Shown here: positions 62,817 to 64,000 of the stretch, piece by piece
How the letters are laid out: every line of letters begins with the position of its first letter
Position numbering within the stretch: position 1 is the stretch's first letter
Origin: Octopus sinensis
Taxonomy: Eukaryota
Direction: 5' to 3'
NCBI RefSeq assembly: GCF_006345805.1
Contig: NC_043024.1
Location: 17,360,001-17,424,000, forward strand
Length of the DNA stretch: 64,000 bases
Notes under the pieces: model-generated
What the model was told of the DNA's origin: nothing
Database searches by the model: none
The model's input: the letters and a program-made list of their open reading frames with translations, nothing else
Program-made: the position numbers and the translations under genes

Positions 62817-64000
62817 CGTGCATAACTTTCCAAACCAGACGTGATGAGATGAGACGGATTCTTACATGGCTAACTCCATCAGTACAACAAGAACATTGCG
62901 TTGTGATGATCAAGATGATATTCATCATCATGATCATCATAACTAACCCTCAAATCTAACCTGTGCTAACCGAATTTAGTCAGAATATATTTTCCGTGGT
63001 TCTTCACATTGAACTCCATGACCCTTCACCAATAATCAGGAGATGTCAGTTCTTCTATTGGACAGACTCTGCCAACACCACCCCAAACCCCATCTCTCTT
63101 TGTTTTTATTCACCACAAAAACCTTGGTTTAGTTTTGAGTAGTTAGTGTAATGATGGTGGTGGTGGTGGTGGTAGTGGTTTATAATTATGAATAATTGCA
63201 TTACAGACTTAAAGCAGTATCTTCAAGTGTTGAGTTTGCCATGAGATAAGAAAGTTTTGGACAAGAGAGTAAGTGGGGAGGGGGGGAGAGGAAGGAGACA
63301 GGGAAGCAGTAAAGAAAAGAAAGTGGAAGAGAAATAGAGAGAAAGAGAGAGAGAGAGAGAGAGAGGGGGAAGGACTGGCAGAGCACCAAGGAGGAAGTAA
63401 GTTGTTTGAGGTTTTCATGAAGAACACGTAATGTCTAGAATATTCTTTGTGAACAGAATGGTTAAGTGGTATGTGAGGGAATGGTTCACTGTGTGACTGT
63501 GGGGGGGACACACCAGTCTCATCACGGAGTCGGAAATGGTTCTACAGGGTGGATTAATCAATTGGCATTAATCAAGATTATCATTGATCTTACATTCATG
63601 GCAGTGGTGGTGGTGGAGGCAGTTGTCAACGTCATCATCATCATCATTATTGTTGTTACTATTGTTTAGCCCTGAATCAACAGTGATCAAACAAATCAGA
63701 TCCAGCCATGACCTTCTGTCTGGACAGAAAATATAGACACACATTATTCACTGTTTTAATTTCTTAAAACAGTAGTATGTAATTTAATAGAGATTTGGCT
63801 GCTACTTCCAGTGAGTGGAGTGACCACGTTGTTATTTAACCCTAGGTCTTCACTGAGTAGATCTATGATTAAAGGGATACAATTTAGGACCACCCCATTC
63901 TATTTTTTTTTCTAAGATATTGCATTATCCAGGACTGCATAAGTTCATCTAATATTCTTTTAATTTTTCAAGATGTCTGAATATAATTTAAGAGAGATTT

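Overview
AT-rich, microsatellite-dense animal genomic DNA. The repeat make-up (several tRNA-headed SINE families, RTE and R4/Dong-type LINE relics, mariner relics, Helitrons, many MITEs) fits a coleoid cephalopod such as Octopus best; this is an inference from repeat composition only. I could not recognise any intact host protein-coding gene. Nearly all ORFs in the track are microsatellite translations or antisense readings of decayed TEs. Three things stand out. (1) A cluster of type I hammerhead ribozyme motifs of the Penelope-like/retrozyme kind at 5.5-7.9 kb, with two fully canonical cores (6493-6564, 7419-7491). A second head-to-head hammerhead hairpin lies at 57.4-57.6 kb, and both loci share the same divergent inverted-repeat architecture. 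(2) A recursive-splice-site plus RS-exon-like signal on the + strand (CAG|GTAAGA at 43334/43335, CAG|GTAAGT 84 nt later), suggesting the window lies inside a long intron. (3) Recent local rearrangements: a near-perfect fold-back around a TA tract (21895-22693), tandem duplications of 635 and 273 bp inside a (TAA)n/Dong hot spot, and a composite Helitron carrying a PIF1 fragment and a 166-bp array. Coordinates of degenerate repeats are approximate (about +/-10-20 bp).
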